The notes beneath the pieces are model-generated. The model saw only the letters and a list, made by a program, of their open reading frames with translations, was not told the origin of the DNA and searched no databases. The position numbers were made by a program, and so were the translations under genes. This document shows, piece after piece, positions 1 to 10,635 of a DNA stretch of 64,000 nucleotides. Source of the DNA: an uncultured Desulfobacter sp. (GTDB taxonomy: Bacteria; Desulfobacterota; Desulfobacteria; Desulfobacterales; Desulfobacteraceae); NCBI GenBank assembly GCA_963665095.1, contig OY762069.1, positions 448,001 to 512,000 of the forward strand. The letters are read 5' to 3'. The first letter of the stretch is position 1. The number at the start of each line of letters is the position of its first letter.

Positions 1-231
1 GCCTTTGCGGGTAACCAACTGACGGCCATTCCAGTATCCCCTGATTCCGTCCAGTTTTTCACTCATCACCCAGCCCGTCACATCCCGGCTGCGGGAATAA
101 CTTTGGGGCTTTTGCAGACATGGCTGCCCGGCCTGCACCTGCGAGGGGAAAAGTGCCCATATAATTGCAAAGGCAATAATTGTCTGCAGAATGCCATTAG
201 GCCTTATTTCTAAATATTTAAGGTTTTTCAT
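1..231 (-). CDS. ATP-dependent DNA ligase, Lig E-like with N-terminal signal peptide (5' part only; runs off the window start)
   Basis: Manual translation from ATG 231 (AGGAG RBS upstream): MKNLKYLEIRPNGILQTIIAFAIIWALFPSQVQAGQPCLQKPQSYSRSRDVTGWVMSEKLDGIRGYWNGRQLVTRKG. It contains ligase motif I KxDGxR (SEKLDGIRGYW) and a hydrophobic leader ending in VQA. Not in the ORF track. Confidence 0.85.
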   Translation of the reverse strand, partial: MKNLKYLEIRPNGILQTIIAFAIIWALFPSQVQAGQPCLQKPQSYSRSRDVTGWVMSEKLDGIRGYWNGRQLVTRKG

Positions 232-525
232 ACAAAGTTGCTCCTTTATCATGATGGTTCTGACAGGAAATACACACAGGTAAAGACGCTTCTGCCTGGA
301 ATTTTGCATGCGTGGGAAAAGTGACCGAACTTTGAAATTTTATCATCGCGAAACTGTGGACAGTATATATGTCAATTGACAGGAAATACAATCTTCAATA
401 TGGTCATCAGGCATAAATTTGCAGAACTTTTGTGATATGACGTCGATTTTGACCGGGGCACAGGACAGCCGCACAGTTGAACTAAGCAGGGATAATACAT
501 TGGAAAGAGGGTCGCCCTGCCACCC

Positions 526-2769
526 ATGTCTTGGAACAAAGGTATGATCAAACTGATTCAATTTGTCAATAATTTAAGAATCCGGTCCAAGCTATTGGGT
601 GCCTATACCATTGCGTTCCTGTCCGCACTTCTTATTGGTGGGGGGATTATTATTTTCCAGGTGGAAAAAATCATCCAGACACACATTGAAAGTGAGCTGA
701 CCAATGCGACGCTTGCCATCCGCAACATGGTAGAAACCGCAGCACACACCTCCATTAAAAATCATCTGCGGGCTGTGGCTGATAAGAATCTGGATATTGT
801 GACGGCAATATACAGACAGGTTCTGGCTGGCGAACTTCAGGAGGAGGAGGCCAAAGATCTGTGCCGGAAACTGCTGTTCTCCCAGACCATTGGCAGAACC
901 GGGTATATTTTCTGCGCCAGCACCGACGGCATTGCCATTGAGCACCCCAGATCCGGTGTGGCAGGGAAAAATTTTATGGATAAAGCATTTGTTCGTCAAA
1001 TGATCCAGAAAAAATCCGGGTACCTGGAATATGACTGGAAGAATCCAGAAGAGACATTCAAACGGCCCAAAGCCATGTATATGTCCTACTTTGAGCCCTG
1101 GGACTGGATTATTTCCGCCTCCTCTTACCGGGAGGAATTCAGGGAACTGATTAATGTAGATGATTTCAGGCTAAGCATCTTAAAGCTTAAATTCGGGAAA
1201 AGCGGATATGCATATATCATTGACAGCAAGGGCAACGTGATAGTTCATCCTTTTATTTCAGGTAACTACCTTGATGCCTGGGATCGCCAGGGAAACCTGT
1301 GGGTTCAGGAAATGTGCAGAATGAAAAATGGCCGCATGGTTTATTCCTGGAAAAATCCGGCTGAACTGACAGTGCGCAAAAAACTGGCAATATTTTGTTA
1401 TATCCCTGAGTATGACTGGATTATTGCTTCGGCCAGTCCCCTGGATGAAATATATGCCCCGCTGAATACTGTAAAAACCGTTATTGTGGCCATTGTGGTA
1501 CTGATTTCTCTGTTGGTGTTTATCTTTTCCTTCTGGATCAACGCATCTGTGGTGCGGCCGTTACGGTCACTGATGACCAGGTTTGATCAGGGCGCATCAG
1601 GAGACTTCAGTGTTCGCATGCCCGTGAAATCCACAGATGAGATCGGTCAGCTTGCGGGCTATTTTAACCGTTTCATGGATACCCTGGAAGACTATTCTAA
1701 AGATCTTAAAGCGGAAATTGCACAGAAAAAAAGAAATGAGCAGGCCCTTAAATTAACCGAAGAGATGTTTTCCAAGGCCTTCAGGTCCAGTCCTTCAGGT
1801 ATGTTTATTGCCACACTTGACGGCAATAAAGTTATTAACGTCAACGACAGTTTTCTAAAAATTTCAGGCCACACCCTTCTGGATCTGATCGGAAGTGATC
1901 TGTTAACGTTTCCCTTTTTCCAGAAGCGTGAAGAGGGCAGGGCCTTATTCAGGGATATCCGGGAACGGCGTCCGGTTGTGAACAGGGAAATCAGCTTTTT
2001 TACTGTGTCTGGCCAGGTTCGTGAGGGACTTATCTCCGGTGACGGCGTAACCCTGTGGGAAGAGGCCTGTTTACTGGGATCCATTGCAGATATCACGGAG
2101 TCCAGACGCCTGGAACGTGAAATTATGGATATCAGCCAGAATGAGCGGCAGAAGATCGCCATCTCTTTGCATGATGATCTGTGTCCCCAGCTTATCGGCA
2201 TTGAATTCATGGCCAAAATGCTGGAAAACCGCCTGACACAGCAGGGAGACAGTCTGGAAGAAGAGGCCCTTCGTATCCATAAAATACGGGAGCTGATTCT
2301 TGATGCCATTGAAAAGTCCAGAAATCTTTCCAGGGGCCTATCCCCTGTGAACCTGGAAGACCGTCGGTTTAACGACTCCCTGGAAGAGCTTGCCCGATAT
2401 GTGAGGGATGTGTTCAGAATTAATTGCATTCTGGACTGTCTGCCTGAACAGGAGGCCGGGCAACCCTTCAGGGACAACAATATTGCCACCCATGTCTATT
2501 ACATTGCCCATGAGGCGGTTCATAATGCGGTAAAGTATGCTGAATGCACTGAGATCCGGATCTGCCTTGGCAGAACCAACGGCATGATCCGTATGACCGT
2601 AACAGATAACGGAACAGGCTTTGATCCTGCCATCAGTCACACCGGACTGGGAATCAGGATTATGTCCTATCGGGCCGCACGCATCGGCGGAGACCTGTCC
2701 ATTGACCAGTCTGAAGCGCCGGGTACCCGGGTCTGCCTCGAGCTGCCGGCTTTTGGAGAATTGCCATGA
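526..2769 (+). CDS. Sensor histidine kinase (TM, two Cache domains, TM, HAMP, PAS, HisKA_3, HATPase); start may be 544
   Basis: Two Cache-like repeats (GYIF...YDWKNP; GYAYII...YSWKNP), HAMP (DEIGQLAGYFN), H-box ERQKIAISLHDDLCPQL, EAVHNAVKYA, DNGTGF, GLGIRIM. Confidence 0.9.
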   Translation: MSWNKGMIKLIQFVNNLRIRSKLLGAYTIAFLSALLIGGGIIIFQVEKIIQTHIESELTNATLAIRNMVETAAHTSIKNHLRAVADKNLDIVTAIYRQVLAGELQEEEAKDLCRKLLFSQTIGRTGYIFCASTDGIAIEHPRSGVAGKNFMDKAFVRQMIQKKSGYLEYDWKNPEETFKRPKAMYMSYFEPWDWIISASSYREEFRELINVDDFRLSILKLKFGKSGYAYIIDSKGNVIVHPFISGNYLDAWDRQGNLWVQEMCRMKNGRMVYSWKNPAELTVRKKLAIFCYIPEYDWIIASASPLDEIYAPLNTVKTVIVAIVVLISLLVFIFSFWINASVVRPLRSLMTRFDQGASGDFSVRMPVKSTDEIGQLAGYFNRFMDTLEDYSKDLKAEIAQKKRNEQALKLTEEMFSKAFRSSPSGMFIATLDGNKVINVNDSFLKISGHTLLDLIGSDLLTFPFFQKREEGRALFRDIRERRPVVNREISFFTVSGQVREGLISGDGVTLWEEACLLGSIADITESRRLEREIMDISQNERQKIAISLHDDLCPQLIGIEFMAKMLENRLTQQGDSLEEEALRIHKIRELILDAIEKSRNLSRGLSPVNLEDRRFNDSLEELARYVRDVFRINCILDCLPEQEAGQPFRDNNIATHVYYIAHEAVHNAVKYAECTEIRICLGRTNGMIRMTVTDNGTGFDPAISHTGLGIRIMSYRAARIGGDLSIDQSEAPGTRVCLELPAFGELP

Positions 2770-3446
2770 AACAGGAAGCACATAAAAAAATTCTGATTGT
2801 TGAAGACCACCCCATCTTCAGGATGGGCATGAAAGATATGATCAACAATGAGCCTGACCTGGACGTTTGCGCAGAAGCCGAAGACGTGGCTACAGCCCTG
2901 GCGCTCGTGGAAAAGCTTCATCCGGATCTGGCCATTGTGGATCTGTCTCTTAAAAAAAGTTCCGGCATGGATTTAATTGATAAAATCCATAAAGAATACC
3001 GGTTTTGCCGGACCCTGGTTCTTTCCATGCACGATGAGGCCCTGCATGCGGAACGATGCCTTCTTGCCGGTGCCAGGGGATATATCATGAAGCAGGAGGC
3101 ATCCGAGTCTGTTATCACGGCCATTCGAAGCATCATGGAAGACCAGATTCATGTCAGCCCAAGGATCATGAGCCGCCTTCTCAGTGTCTTTACAAAACAG
3201 CCTGACCCGGCCAATGCATCTCCTTTAGCCGCCATTACAGACCGGGAACTTGAGATTTTCAGAATGATCGGCTGCGGCCTTACCTCCAAAGAGATTGCTG
3301 TACGCCTGAATATCAGTATTAAAACCGTGGGTACTTACCGTGAGCGTATCAAGGAGAAGCTGAATTTGAAAAATGCCAGCGAGCTCATCCGGTATGCGGT
3401 TGTCTGGGTGGAAACCGGGGTTTTTAAAGGTTCGTCTGATTTGTAG
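2766..3446 (+). CDS. NarL/FixJ (LuxR-HTH) family response regulator
   Basis: Receiver domain (IVEDHP...VDLSL...LSMHDE) and C-terminal HTH (TDRELEIF...KEIA...SIKTV). ATGA overlap with the kinase. Confidence 0.93.
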   Translation: MKQEAHKKILIVEDHPIFRMGMKDMINNEPDLDVCAEAEDVATALALVEKLHPDLAIVDLSLKKSSGMDLIDKIHKEYRFCRTLVLSMHDEALHAERCLLAGARGYIMKQEASESVITAIRSIMEDQIHVSPRIMSRLLSVFTKQPDPANASPLAAITDRELEIFRMIGCGLTSKEIAVRLNISIKTVGTYRERIKEKLNLKNASELIRYAVVWVETGVFKGSSDL

Positions 3447-3504
3447 GTGCAAACCCTACAAAAATTTGGGTTTAAATTATACAAGTAATTAGGGGACTTT
3501 CCTA
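3440..3504. promoter_or_regulatory. Two TAGG-N7-CCTA palindromes, putative response-regulator binding sites
   Basis: tttgTAGG-tgcaaac-CCTAcaaa at 3440-3462 and TAGG-ggacttt-CCTA at 3490-3504, both upstream of the CoA ligase. Confidence 0.5.
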
Positions 3505-3611
3505 TTTTTTCTTTTCATTGAATTGGTTAAGTCTGTATCCAAGATTTTCTAATTTTTTTTCGCAGCACCGTAAAAAGAAAAATTTTAACCTGTTTTTTAC
3601 AAGGAGGCCCC

Positions 3612-5270
3612 ATGGCACACATCACAAACACCCGGCTGATTCAACCCTGCAAAGATGCGTATGCTTTTCCACTGCTCATTAAAAATTTGTTGGAAACGCC
3701 TTTGATTTACGCCCCGGACCAGGAGATCATTTATCGGGACCAGATGCGGTATACCTATAAAGACTTTGGCCAGCGTGTAAAAAAACTTGCGTCCATGCTC
3801 ACAAGCTTAGGCGTCAAACCCGGGGATACTGTGGCAGTGATGGACTGGGATTCCCATCGCTATCTTGAGTGCTATTTTGCTGTGCCCATGATGGGGGCTG
3901 TGCTGCACACCATTAACATTCGTCTGACCCCTGAACAGCTGATTTATACCATCAACCATGCCGAAGATGATGTGATCCTGGTTAATGAAGAGTTCCTGCC
4001 GCTTCTCTCTTCTGTAAAAGACCGGTTTGAAACGGTGAAAAATGTGATCCTGCTTACTGACAAAGGTCAGATGCCTGAATCTGACATGACCTTTGCCGGT
4101 GAATATGAAGCACTGATGGCTGATGCACAACCTGAGTATGATTTTCCTGAGTTTGATGAAAACACCATGGCCACCACCTTTTACACCACCGGGACCACCG
4201 GTCTTCCAAAGGGTGTCTTCTTCAGTCACCGGCAGCTGGTGCTCCATACCTATGCGTTGATGTCCGGATTGTCTGCTTATGACGCCCAGGCCAATGTCAA
4301 CTCAGCTGATGTCTATATGCCTTTAACCCCGATGTTTCATGTTCATGCCTGGGGAATTCCATATATGATGACCATGCTTGGCTCCAAACAGGTATATCCG
4401 GGCCGGTATGAACCTGAGATGCTGCTTAAACTGATCATCACCGAAAAGGTGACCTTTTCCCATTGCGTTCCCACCATCATTAACATGCTGGTCACCAGCC
4501 CTGCCATTTCAAAAGTCAATCTGGACGGCTGGAAAGTGGTTATCGGCGGATCTGCAATGCCCCAGGGGTTATGTAAACAGGGCCTGAAGAATAATATCAA
4601 CCTGTATACTGCATACGGCATGTCTGAAACCTGCCCGTTGCTCACCGTGGCCAACATCAAACCCAATCTCAGGGATAAAAGTGAGGATGAACAGGTGGAA
4701 ATCCGGTGTAAAACAGGGCTGCCTGTTCCCAATGTTCAGCTCAAGGTGGTGGATGCCATGGGCAATGCTGTTCCCCATGACGGCGAGACGGCCGGTGAAG
4801 TGGTAGTTCGTACACCCTGGCTTACCCAGGGGTATATCAAGGATGAGGAAAAATCAGCAGAGCTGTGGGAAAATGGCTGGCTTCACACCGGAGACATCGG
4901 GGTGATTGATTCAGATGGGTATCTTAAAATTACGGACCGTCTTAAAGACGTTATCAAAACTGGTGGCGAATGGATTTCATCCCTGGAACTTGAAGATATC
5001 ATCTCCAGGCACGAAGCGGTTTCCGAAGTGGCAGTGGTGGGCGTAGCTGATGAGAAGTGGGGGGAACGCCCCCTTGCCATGGTAGTACTCCGTGACGGAT
5101 TCCAGGGTAAAATCAAGGAGTCCGATATCCAGGATTTCTGTATGAAGTTTGTTGAAAGCGGGCAGATTCCCAAATACGGGGTTCCGTCAAGAATTATTCT
5201 GGATGAGCAGATTCCTAAAACCTCTGTTGGCAAAATTTCCAAAAAGGATATCCGGTCTCAATACAATTAA
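3612..5270 (+). CDS. Fatty-acid/acyl-CoA ligase (AMP-binding, AlkK/DmdB-like)
   Basis: YTTGTTGLPKG, PMFHVHAWG, YGMSET, GWLHTGD, DRLKDVIKTGGEWISS, PKTSVGK. AGGAGG RBS. Confidence 0.92.
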   Translation: MAHITNTRLIQPCKDAYAFPLLIKNLLETPLIYAPDQEIIYRDQMRYTYKDFGQRVKKLASMLTSLGVKPGDTVAVMDWDSHRYLECYFAVPMMGAVLHTINIRLTPEQLIYTINHAEDDVILVNEEFLPLLSSVKDRFETVKNVILLTDKGQMPESDMTFAGEYEALMADAQPEYDFPEFDENTMATTFYTTGTTGLPKGVFFSHRQLVLHTYALMSGLSAYDAQANVNSADVYMPLTPMFHVHAWGIPYMMTMLGSKQVYPGRYEPEMLLKLIITEKVTFSHCVPTIINMLVTSPAISKVNLDGWKVVIGGSAMPQGLCKQGLKNNINLYTAYGMSETCPLLTVANIKPNLRDKSEDEQVEIRCKTGLPVPNVQLKVVDAMGNAVPHDGETAGEVVVRTPWLTQGYIKDEEKSAELWENGWLHTGDIGVIDSDGYLKITDRLKDVIKTGGEWISSLELEDIISRHEAVSEVAVVGVADEKWGERPLAMVVLRDGFQGKIKESDIQDFCMKFVESGQIPKYGVPSRIILDEQIPKTSVGKISKKDIRSQYN

Positions 5271-5364
5271 TATATCACATTAAAAGTGCAAAAATTTCCG
5301 GGAGGTTTCTCAGGGATATGCCTGAACCTTCCGGAATGCGTTTTGCCAGACCATAGGTAATATT

Positions 5365-5402
5365 AAAAAGGGGCGTATATTCGTACGGTATACGCCCCTT
5401 TT
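5365..5402. terminator. Bidirectional intrinsic terminator
   Basis: aaaaaggggcgtata...tatacgcccctttt hairpin between convergent genes. Confidence 0.8.
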
Positions 5403-5451
5403 ATTGTCTCTGGAATCTGGATTTCAGACCTGAAAAATATGGTTGGAAAAA

Positions 5452-6555
5452 TTATAGGATTGTCAGATCCCTGTTTGAGTGATTCAGGGTTTCTCCCCTT
5501 CCGTTTTCATTGACAATATAAATATCTTCAATGCGCATGCCCACCTCACCGGGGATATAAATGCCCGGTTCAATACTGAAGGCCATGCCCGGTTCAAGCA
5601 CTGTATCTGAACCGCCCCGGATAAAAGGTTCTTCATGGACATCCATGCCGATGCCGTGGCCGGTGCGATTTAGAAAATAATCCCCATACCCTGCCTGTTC
5701 AATGACGCTGCGTGCAGCATGATCCACGTCTGCTGCAGTGGCGCCTTGCCTGACACTGGACGCGGCAGATTCAAACGCCTGTTTGACAATCGCATAAATT
5801 TCTTTTTCACGCTCGTTCGGGGCACCCACAAAAAAGGTGCGGGAGGTGTCCGAGCAGAAACCGTTTACCATGCAGCCGAAATCCAGGATAATTACATCTT
5901 TTTCTGTAATGATTCTGTCATATCTGTTGTAGTGAGGCCTGGAATTGTTTGATCCGGATGCTACAATAGGCGTGAAAGAGGGCGGGGCATTTTTTTTGTC
6001 AAAAGCATCCAGAATGAAATTTTTTATGTCAAGTTCGCTGATCCCCGGCCGGATAAAGGATTTGAGATCATCCATGACGATATCAGCGAGCGTGCCGGCT
6101 TTCCGCATGAAATCCAGTTCCTGGCTGGTTTTAATAATCCGGCAGGAAGACAGAATTTGTCTTGCATCAAAAAAACGGCACTTGGGAAACAACGCCTCAA
6201 CGGCCATCAGATCCACAGCCCGCACAGCATCACTGACGGCAATGGATGCCTTTGACAGGCCATGGGTTTTAAATGCCCTGGCCACTGCATCTTCAAATAT
6301 TTCTGCATCATCCCATACATACATGGGCGTATTTTCCGGCAGGGCGTTTGCCATGTCTTCCAGGTATATACGGTTGGTGACGCAAAAAATAGTTTTGTCC
6401 GGCAGGGCAAAGACTGCCTGGAACCGTTCACAGCCGCCGGGGTTGAATCCGAAAAAAAAGTGCATATCCCCGGATGGTGGGATGATTACGGCATCCATGC
6501 CGGCATCACCCATTGCCCGGGCAAGTTGTTCCTGCCTGTGTAATAAACTGTTCAT
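5452..6555 (-). CDS. Xaa-Pro dipeptidase/aminopeptidase (M24B, prolidase-like)
   Basis: Creatinase-like N-terminal domain plus M24 metal motifs DFGC...SDTSRT, GHGIGMDVHE, SIEPGIY, RIED. Confidence 0.9.
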   Translation of the reverse strand: MNSLLHRQEQLARAMGDAGMDAVIIPPSGDMHFFFGFNPGGCERFQAVFALPDKTIFCVTNRIYLEDMANALPENTPMYVWDDAEIFEDAVARAFKTHGLSKASIAVSDAVRAVDLMAVEALFPKCRFFDARQILSSCRIIKTSQELDFMRKAGTLADIVMDDLKSFIRPGISELDIKNFILDAFDKKNAPPSFTPIVASGSNNSRPHYNRYDRIITEKDVIILDFGCMVNGFCSDTSRTFFVGAPNEREKEIYAIVKQAFESAASSVRQGATAADVDHAARSVIEQAGYGDYFLNRTGHGIGMDVHEEPFIRGGSDTVLEPGMAFSIEPGIYIPGEVGMRIEDIYIVNENGRGETLNHSNRDLTIL

Positions 6556-6652
6556 TTTTGGGTTCCCATAAAAAAGCCGAAGGCATAAATCCCCCGGCAG
6601 TGATTGTTTTTTTAACGGGTAACGGGTTGTGTCCGTATTCCGGTGAAAGTTC

Positions 6653-7636
6653 CTACATCAGCCGCTCTGCATGGTGACAGGCAATCTGCCGGTTCTCAAG
6701 CATTCGCAATTTGGGGCGCTCCATGCGGCACTGCTCTGTCATATACCGGCAGCGCTGATGAAAAGGGCACCCCGGAGGCGGGTCAAGGGGCGAAGGCAGC
6801 TCTCCGGACAGGCGAATTCTGCCGATGCGCCGTTCCTTGTCCACATGGGGGGTGGCCGCCATGAGTGCAACCGTATACGGATGAAGGGGTTTGTCGAAGA
6901 TCTGGTTTTTATCTCCCTGCTCCACCGGACGGCCGAGATACATGACCAGCACCTCGTCACTGATCAGGCGAACCACGGACAGGTCATGGGAGATAAACAG
7001 GTAGGCCAGGTTCATCTCCTCCTGAAGATCCATAAAAAGGTTCAAAGCCTGGGCCTGGACAGAGACATCCAGGGCTGATACCGGCTCGTCTGCCACCACA
7101 ATATCGGGATTAAGCATCAGCGATCGTGCAATGGCAATGCGCTGGCGCTGGCCTCCTGAAAACATGTGGGGATACCGGGCGTACTGCTCGGCACTTAATC
7201 CCACCTTATCCATAATTTCAAGGGCCTTTTCCTTTTTTTCTGCAGCACTGAATTCTGTGTTAATATCCAGGGGCTCGGTGAGGATGCTGCCCACTTTTTT
7301 TCTTGGATTCAAAGAACCGTAGGGATCCTGGAATACGATCTGCACACGGGAGCGCAGCTGTTTGCGATGCGCCTTATCCGTGGTGTTGACATGGATGCCA
7401 CCGATAAAAAGATCGCCTGCTGTGGGCGGTTCAATCATGGTTACGACTCTTGCAAGGGTGGACTTACCGCAGCCGGACTCTCCCACCACTGCCAGGGTCT
7501 TGCCCTTTTCAAGGGTAAAGGAGACCCCGTCAAGGGCCTTCAGGTTCACCTTTTTTTTGATAAAAGTCCCCTGTTTTACCGTGTAGTACCGGGTCAGCTC
7601 TTTTGAAACAAGAATGGGGTTGTTTTCCATATTCAC
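6653..7636 (-). CDS. dppF: Dipeptide ABC transporter ATP-binding subunit
   Basis: GESGCGKST, FQDPYGSLNPR, FSGGQRQR, DEPVSALD, C-terminal oligopeptide HPY/Cys domain. Confidence 0.92.
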   Translation of the reverse strand: MNMENNPILVSKELTRYYTVKQGTFIKKKVNLKALDGVSFTLEKGKTLAVVGESGCGKSTLARVVTMIEPPTAGDLFIGGIHVNTTDKAHRKQLRSRVQIVFQDPYGSLNPRKKVGSILTEPLDINTEFSAAEKKEKALEIMDKVGLSAEQYARYPHMFSGGQRQRIAIARSLMLNPDIVVADEPVSALDVSVQAQALNLFMDLQEEMNLAYLFISHDLSVVRLISDEVLVMYLGRPVEQGDKNQIFDKPLHPYTVALMAATPHVDKERRIGRIRLSGELPSPLDPPPGCPFHQRCRYMTEQCRMERPKLRMLENRQIACHHAERLM

Positions 7637-7640
7637 GTCC

Positions 7641-8594
7641 TTAATTCAGGGGATAGTGGCAGCGGACAGCCCCGCTGTCTTGGCAAAGGGTTAGTTGCGG
7701 AGACTGTTCTTTGCATAAATTCTTTGCATGGGCGCACCGCGGGTGAAACAGACATCCCTTTGGGCGGTTGTATTTTCCCGGCACAAGGCCAGGGATGACT
7801 GGCAGCCTACGGGCGGCAACATTCCGTTCCGGCAGGGCGGATAAAAGCGCTTCAGTATACGGATGCCGGGGGTTGTTAAAAATATTGTCCGAAGTGTTTT
7901 TTTCAACCACCTGGCCTGCATACATCACCACCACGTTTTCCACGGTTTCCGCAATCACGGCCATGTCGTGGGTGATAAGGATCAATGCCATCTGCCGCTC
8001 TTTCTGCAGGTCCAGAAGAAGGTCCATGATCTGTGCCTGAATGGTGACATCAAGGGCTGTGGTAGGTTCATCTGCAATGAGAAGGCTTGGGTTGCAGGCA
8101 ATGGCCATGGCAATCATCACCCGCTGACACATGCCGCCGGAGAGCTGATGGGGAAAACATTTAAGCCGCTCTGCCGGTGCGGGAATTCCCACCTGACTGA
8201 GCAGTTCCACGGCCCTGTCTTTTCTCTGGGCCTTTGTCCCGCCCTCGTGGACCTTAAGGGCCTCTTTAATCTGAAAGCCCACGGTAAAGCAGGGGTTCAG
8301 GCTGGTCATGGGTTCCTGGAAGATCATGGCCACCTCCTTGCCCGTGATGGCCCGGCGTTTTTTGCGATCCATGGACAACAGATCCCGGCCCCCAAAGCAA
8401 AGGGTGTCGGCCCGGATAATGCCGGGGTAGGGGATCAGCCCCATAAGCGCGAGCTGGGTAACACTTTTCCCTGAACCGGATTCGCCTACAACGCCTAAAA
8501 CTTCACCCTTCCCAAGACAGATACTGACATCGTCAACAGCCTTGAATCCGTCAAAATCTACAGATAGTTTTTCTATATCAAGTAATTGCGTCAT
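7641..8594 (-). CDS. dppD: Dipeptide ABC transporter ATP-binding subunit
   Basis: [34 protein letters not shown]. Confidence 0.92.
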   Translation of the reverse strand: MTQLLDIEKLSVDFDGFKAVDDVSICLGKGEVLGVVGESGSGKSVTQLALMGLIPYPGIIRADTLCFGGRDLLSMDRKKRRAITGKEVAMIFQEPMTSLNPCFTVGFQIKEALKVHEGGTKAQRKDRAVELLSQVGIPAPAERLKCFPHQLSGGMCQRVMIAMAIACNPSLLIADEPTTALDVTIQAQIMDLLLDLQKERQMALILITHDMAVIAETVENVVVMYAGQVVEKNTSDNIFNNPRHPYTEALLSALPERNVAARRLPVIPGLVPGKYNRPKGCLFHPRCAHAKNLCKEQSPQLTLCQDSGAVRCHYPLN

Positions 8595-8598
8595 GGTT

Positions 8599-9543
8599 TT
8601 ATCTTTTCATTTTGGGATCAAGTGCGTCCCGCAATCCGTCACCGGCAAGGTTGAAGGCCAGCACGGTTAAAAGTATGGCAAGTCCCGGAAAGGTGACCAC
8701 CCACCAGGCTCTCTGGACAAACTGCAGGGCGTTGGCAAGCATGGCCCCCCATTCAGGGGTGGGCGGCTGAGCCCCCATGCCCAGGAAGCCCAAGGCTGCT
8801 GCATCCAGAATCGCCGATGAAAATCCCAGCGTGGCCTGGACAATGAGCGGGGCCATGCAGTTGGGCAGCAGTACAATGAACATCAGCCTGAATTTTCCGG
8901 CGCCGCATACTTTGGATGCCGTGACATAATCCTGACCCTTTTCAGACATGACCGATGCCCTTGTCAGACGTACATAATGGGGCAGCATGATCACTGAAAT
9001 AGCCACAATGGCGTTTTGCAGACTTGGGCCAAGCACTGCCACAATGGCCATGGCCAGCAAGAGGCTTGGCAGGGCCAGCATAATGTCCATCATGCGCATG
9101 ACAATGATCTCAAACGCCCCTTCAAAAAAACCGGCTGTCAGGCCCAGAATAATGCCAAGGCCAAGGGACAGGGTTACGGCAAGTACGCCCACAAAAAGAG
9201 AGAGTCTTGCCCCGTGAATCAGGCGGGAGAGAATGTCTCTGCCCACATCGTCAGTGCCCAGAATAAACTTGGTGGTGCCCCCGTCCTGCCAGAAGGGCGG
9301 GGCTAAAATGGCGTCCCGGAATTGTTCAAAGGGACTGTGGGGGGCCAGAACATCAGCAAAAACCGCCACTAAAATGGCAATAATGATAAAATAGAGTCCT
9401 GCCACAGCACCTTTGTTTTCGCTGAAGTATTTCCAGAACTCCTTAACAGGGTGGTCCGGGCCGCTGGCCGTTGCCGGCAGCACGGCTGTGTTTTCCGTCA
9501 TATTTCCTCCACTTGGGGTCTGATTTGGCTCTGAGGGGCTCAT
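8599..9543 (-). CDS. dppC: Dipeptide ABC transporter permease (start may be 9501)
   Basis: [43 protein letters not shown]. Confidence 0.92.
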   Translation of the reverse strand: MSPSEPNQTPSGGNMTENTAVLPATASGPDHPVKEFWKYFSENKGAVAGLYFIIIAILVAVFADVLAPHSPFEQFRDAILAPPFWQDGGTTKFILGTDDVGRDILSRLIHGARLSLFVGVLAVTLSLGLGIILGLTAGFFEGAFEIIVMRMMDIMLALPSLLLAMAIVAVLGPSLQNAIVAISVIMLPHYVRLTRASVMSEKGQDYVTASKVCGAGKFRLMFIVLLPNCMAPLIVQATLGFSSAILDAAALGFLGMGAQPPTPEWGAMLANALQFVQRAWWVVTFPGLAILLTVLAFNLAGDGLRDALDPKMKR

Positions 9544-10550
9544 CAGGTGCGCCGGATACGGGGGTTAATGATCCCGTAAAGAATGTCCACACAAAGATTG
9601 ACCAGAATAATGATTGAGGCAATGATGAGAATCCCGCCCTGGACAGCCGGGTAGTCGCGCCGGGATATGGATTCCACCATCCACTTTCCCACCCCGGGCC
9701 AGGCAAAAATGGTTTCCGTGAGAATAGCCCCTGCCAGAAGCACCCCGGTCTGAAGACCGATGACGGTGATGACCGGGATCATGGCGTTGCGCAGCGCATG
9801 GATCATGGTCACCCGAAAGGGAGAAAGTCCTTTGGCCTTGGCAGTGCGCACATAATCGGTCTGAAGTACTTCAAGCATGGAGGAGCGGGTCATCCGGGCA
9901 ATAACTGCTAAAGGGATGGTGCCCAGAACGATGGAGGGCAGGATCAGGTGACTGACGGCAGAAGTAAACGCGCCCTTTTCATCTGAGCGCAGCGCATCAA
10001 TGAGCATGAACCCTGTGTCCGCATCCACCCAGAAAAGCGCTGAGATCCTGCCAGACACCGGTGTCCAGCCAAGGTTCACCGAGAAAAGCAGGATAAAAAG
10101 GATGCCCAGCCAGAAAATGGGCATGGAATACCCGGTCAAAGAGACGGCCATCACTGAATGGTCAAACACCGATCCCCGCTTGACCCCTGCCAGCATGCCC
10201 ACAGGAAGGCCAATGGAAACCGCAAAGATCATCGCACAGATGGACAGCTCCATGGTGGCGGGGAAAAGGGAGAAAAATTCTTTTAATATCGGCTTTTTGG
10301 TTACAAAGGATTTGCCTAAATCCCCGTGGAGAATGCCGTTTATATATCTGAAGTACTGAACATATAACGGATCATCCAGCCCCATCTCCGCCTTAAGTTT
10401 TGCATGGCGGGCCGCATCAATACCCCGTTCACCGGCCCGCATCTCTACAGGATCACCCGGGATCAGGTGAATCAGGGAAAAGGTTAAAAGGGTGATGCCG
10501 ATAAAGGCAGGGAAAATATGTAGAAATCGCTTAAAAAGAAATTGAATCAT
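9543..10550 (-). CDS. dppB: Dipeptide ABC transporter permease
   Basis: LIPGDPV, GDLGKS, DYVRTAKAKGL, ETIFAWPG, RRDYP. Confidence 0.92.
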   Translation of the reverse strand: MIQFLFKRFLHIFPAFIGITLLTFSLIHLIPGDPVEMRAGERGIDAARHAKLKAEMGLDDPLYVQYFRYINGILHGDLGKSFVTKKPILKEFFSLFPATMELSICAMIFAVSIGLPVGMLAGVKRGSVFDHSVMAVSLTGYSMPIFWLGILFILLFSVNLGWTPVSGRISALFWVDADTGFMLIDALRSDEKGAFTSAVSHLILPSIVLGTIPLAVIARMTRSSMLEVLQTDYVRTAKAKGLSPFRVTMIHALRNAMIPVITVIGLQTGVLLAGAILTETIFAWPGVGKWMVESISRRDYPAVQGGILIIASIIILVNLCVDILYGIINPRIRRT

Positions 10551-10585
10551 GATTTCTTATCGCTTTGGCATGTCATGTCAAGCAG

Positions 10586-10618
10586 CAGGGCCGCATGCTG
10601 TAACAGCTTGCGGCCCTG
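10586..10618. other. Intercistronic stem-loop after dppA (mRNA stabiliser or partial terminator)
   Basis: cagggccgca...tgcggccctg inverted repeat between dppA and dppB. Confidence 0.55.
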
Positions 10619-10635
10619 TCGCCTGGTTGGTTTTT

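Noticed and set aside
1692..2489. Long antisense ORFs (also 5945-6571, 7863-8474, 14069-14680, 19008-19646, 23373-24029, 42100-42930, 62044-62628)
   Set aside because: They are shadow frames opposite well-supported genes and show no motifs.
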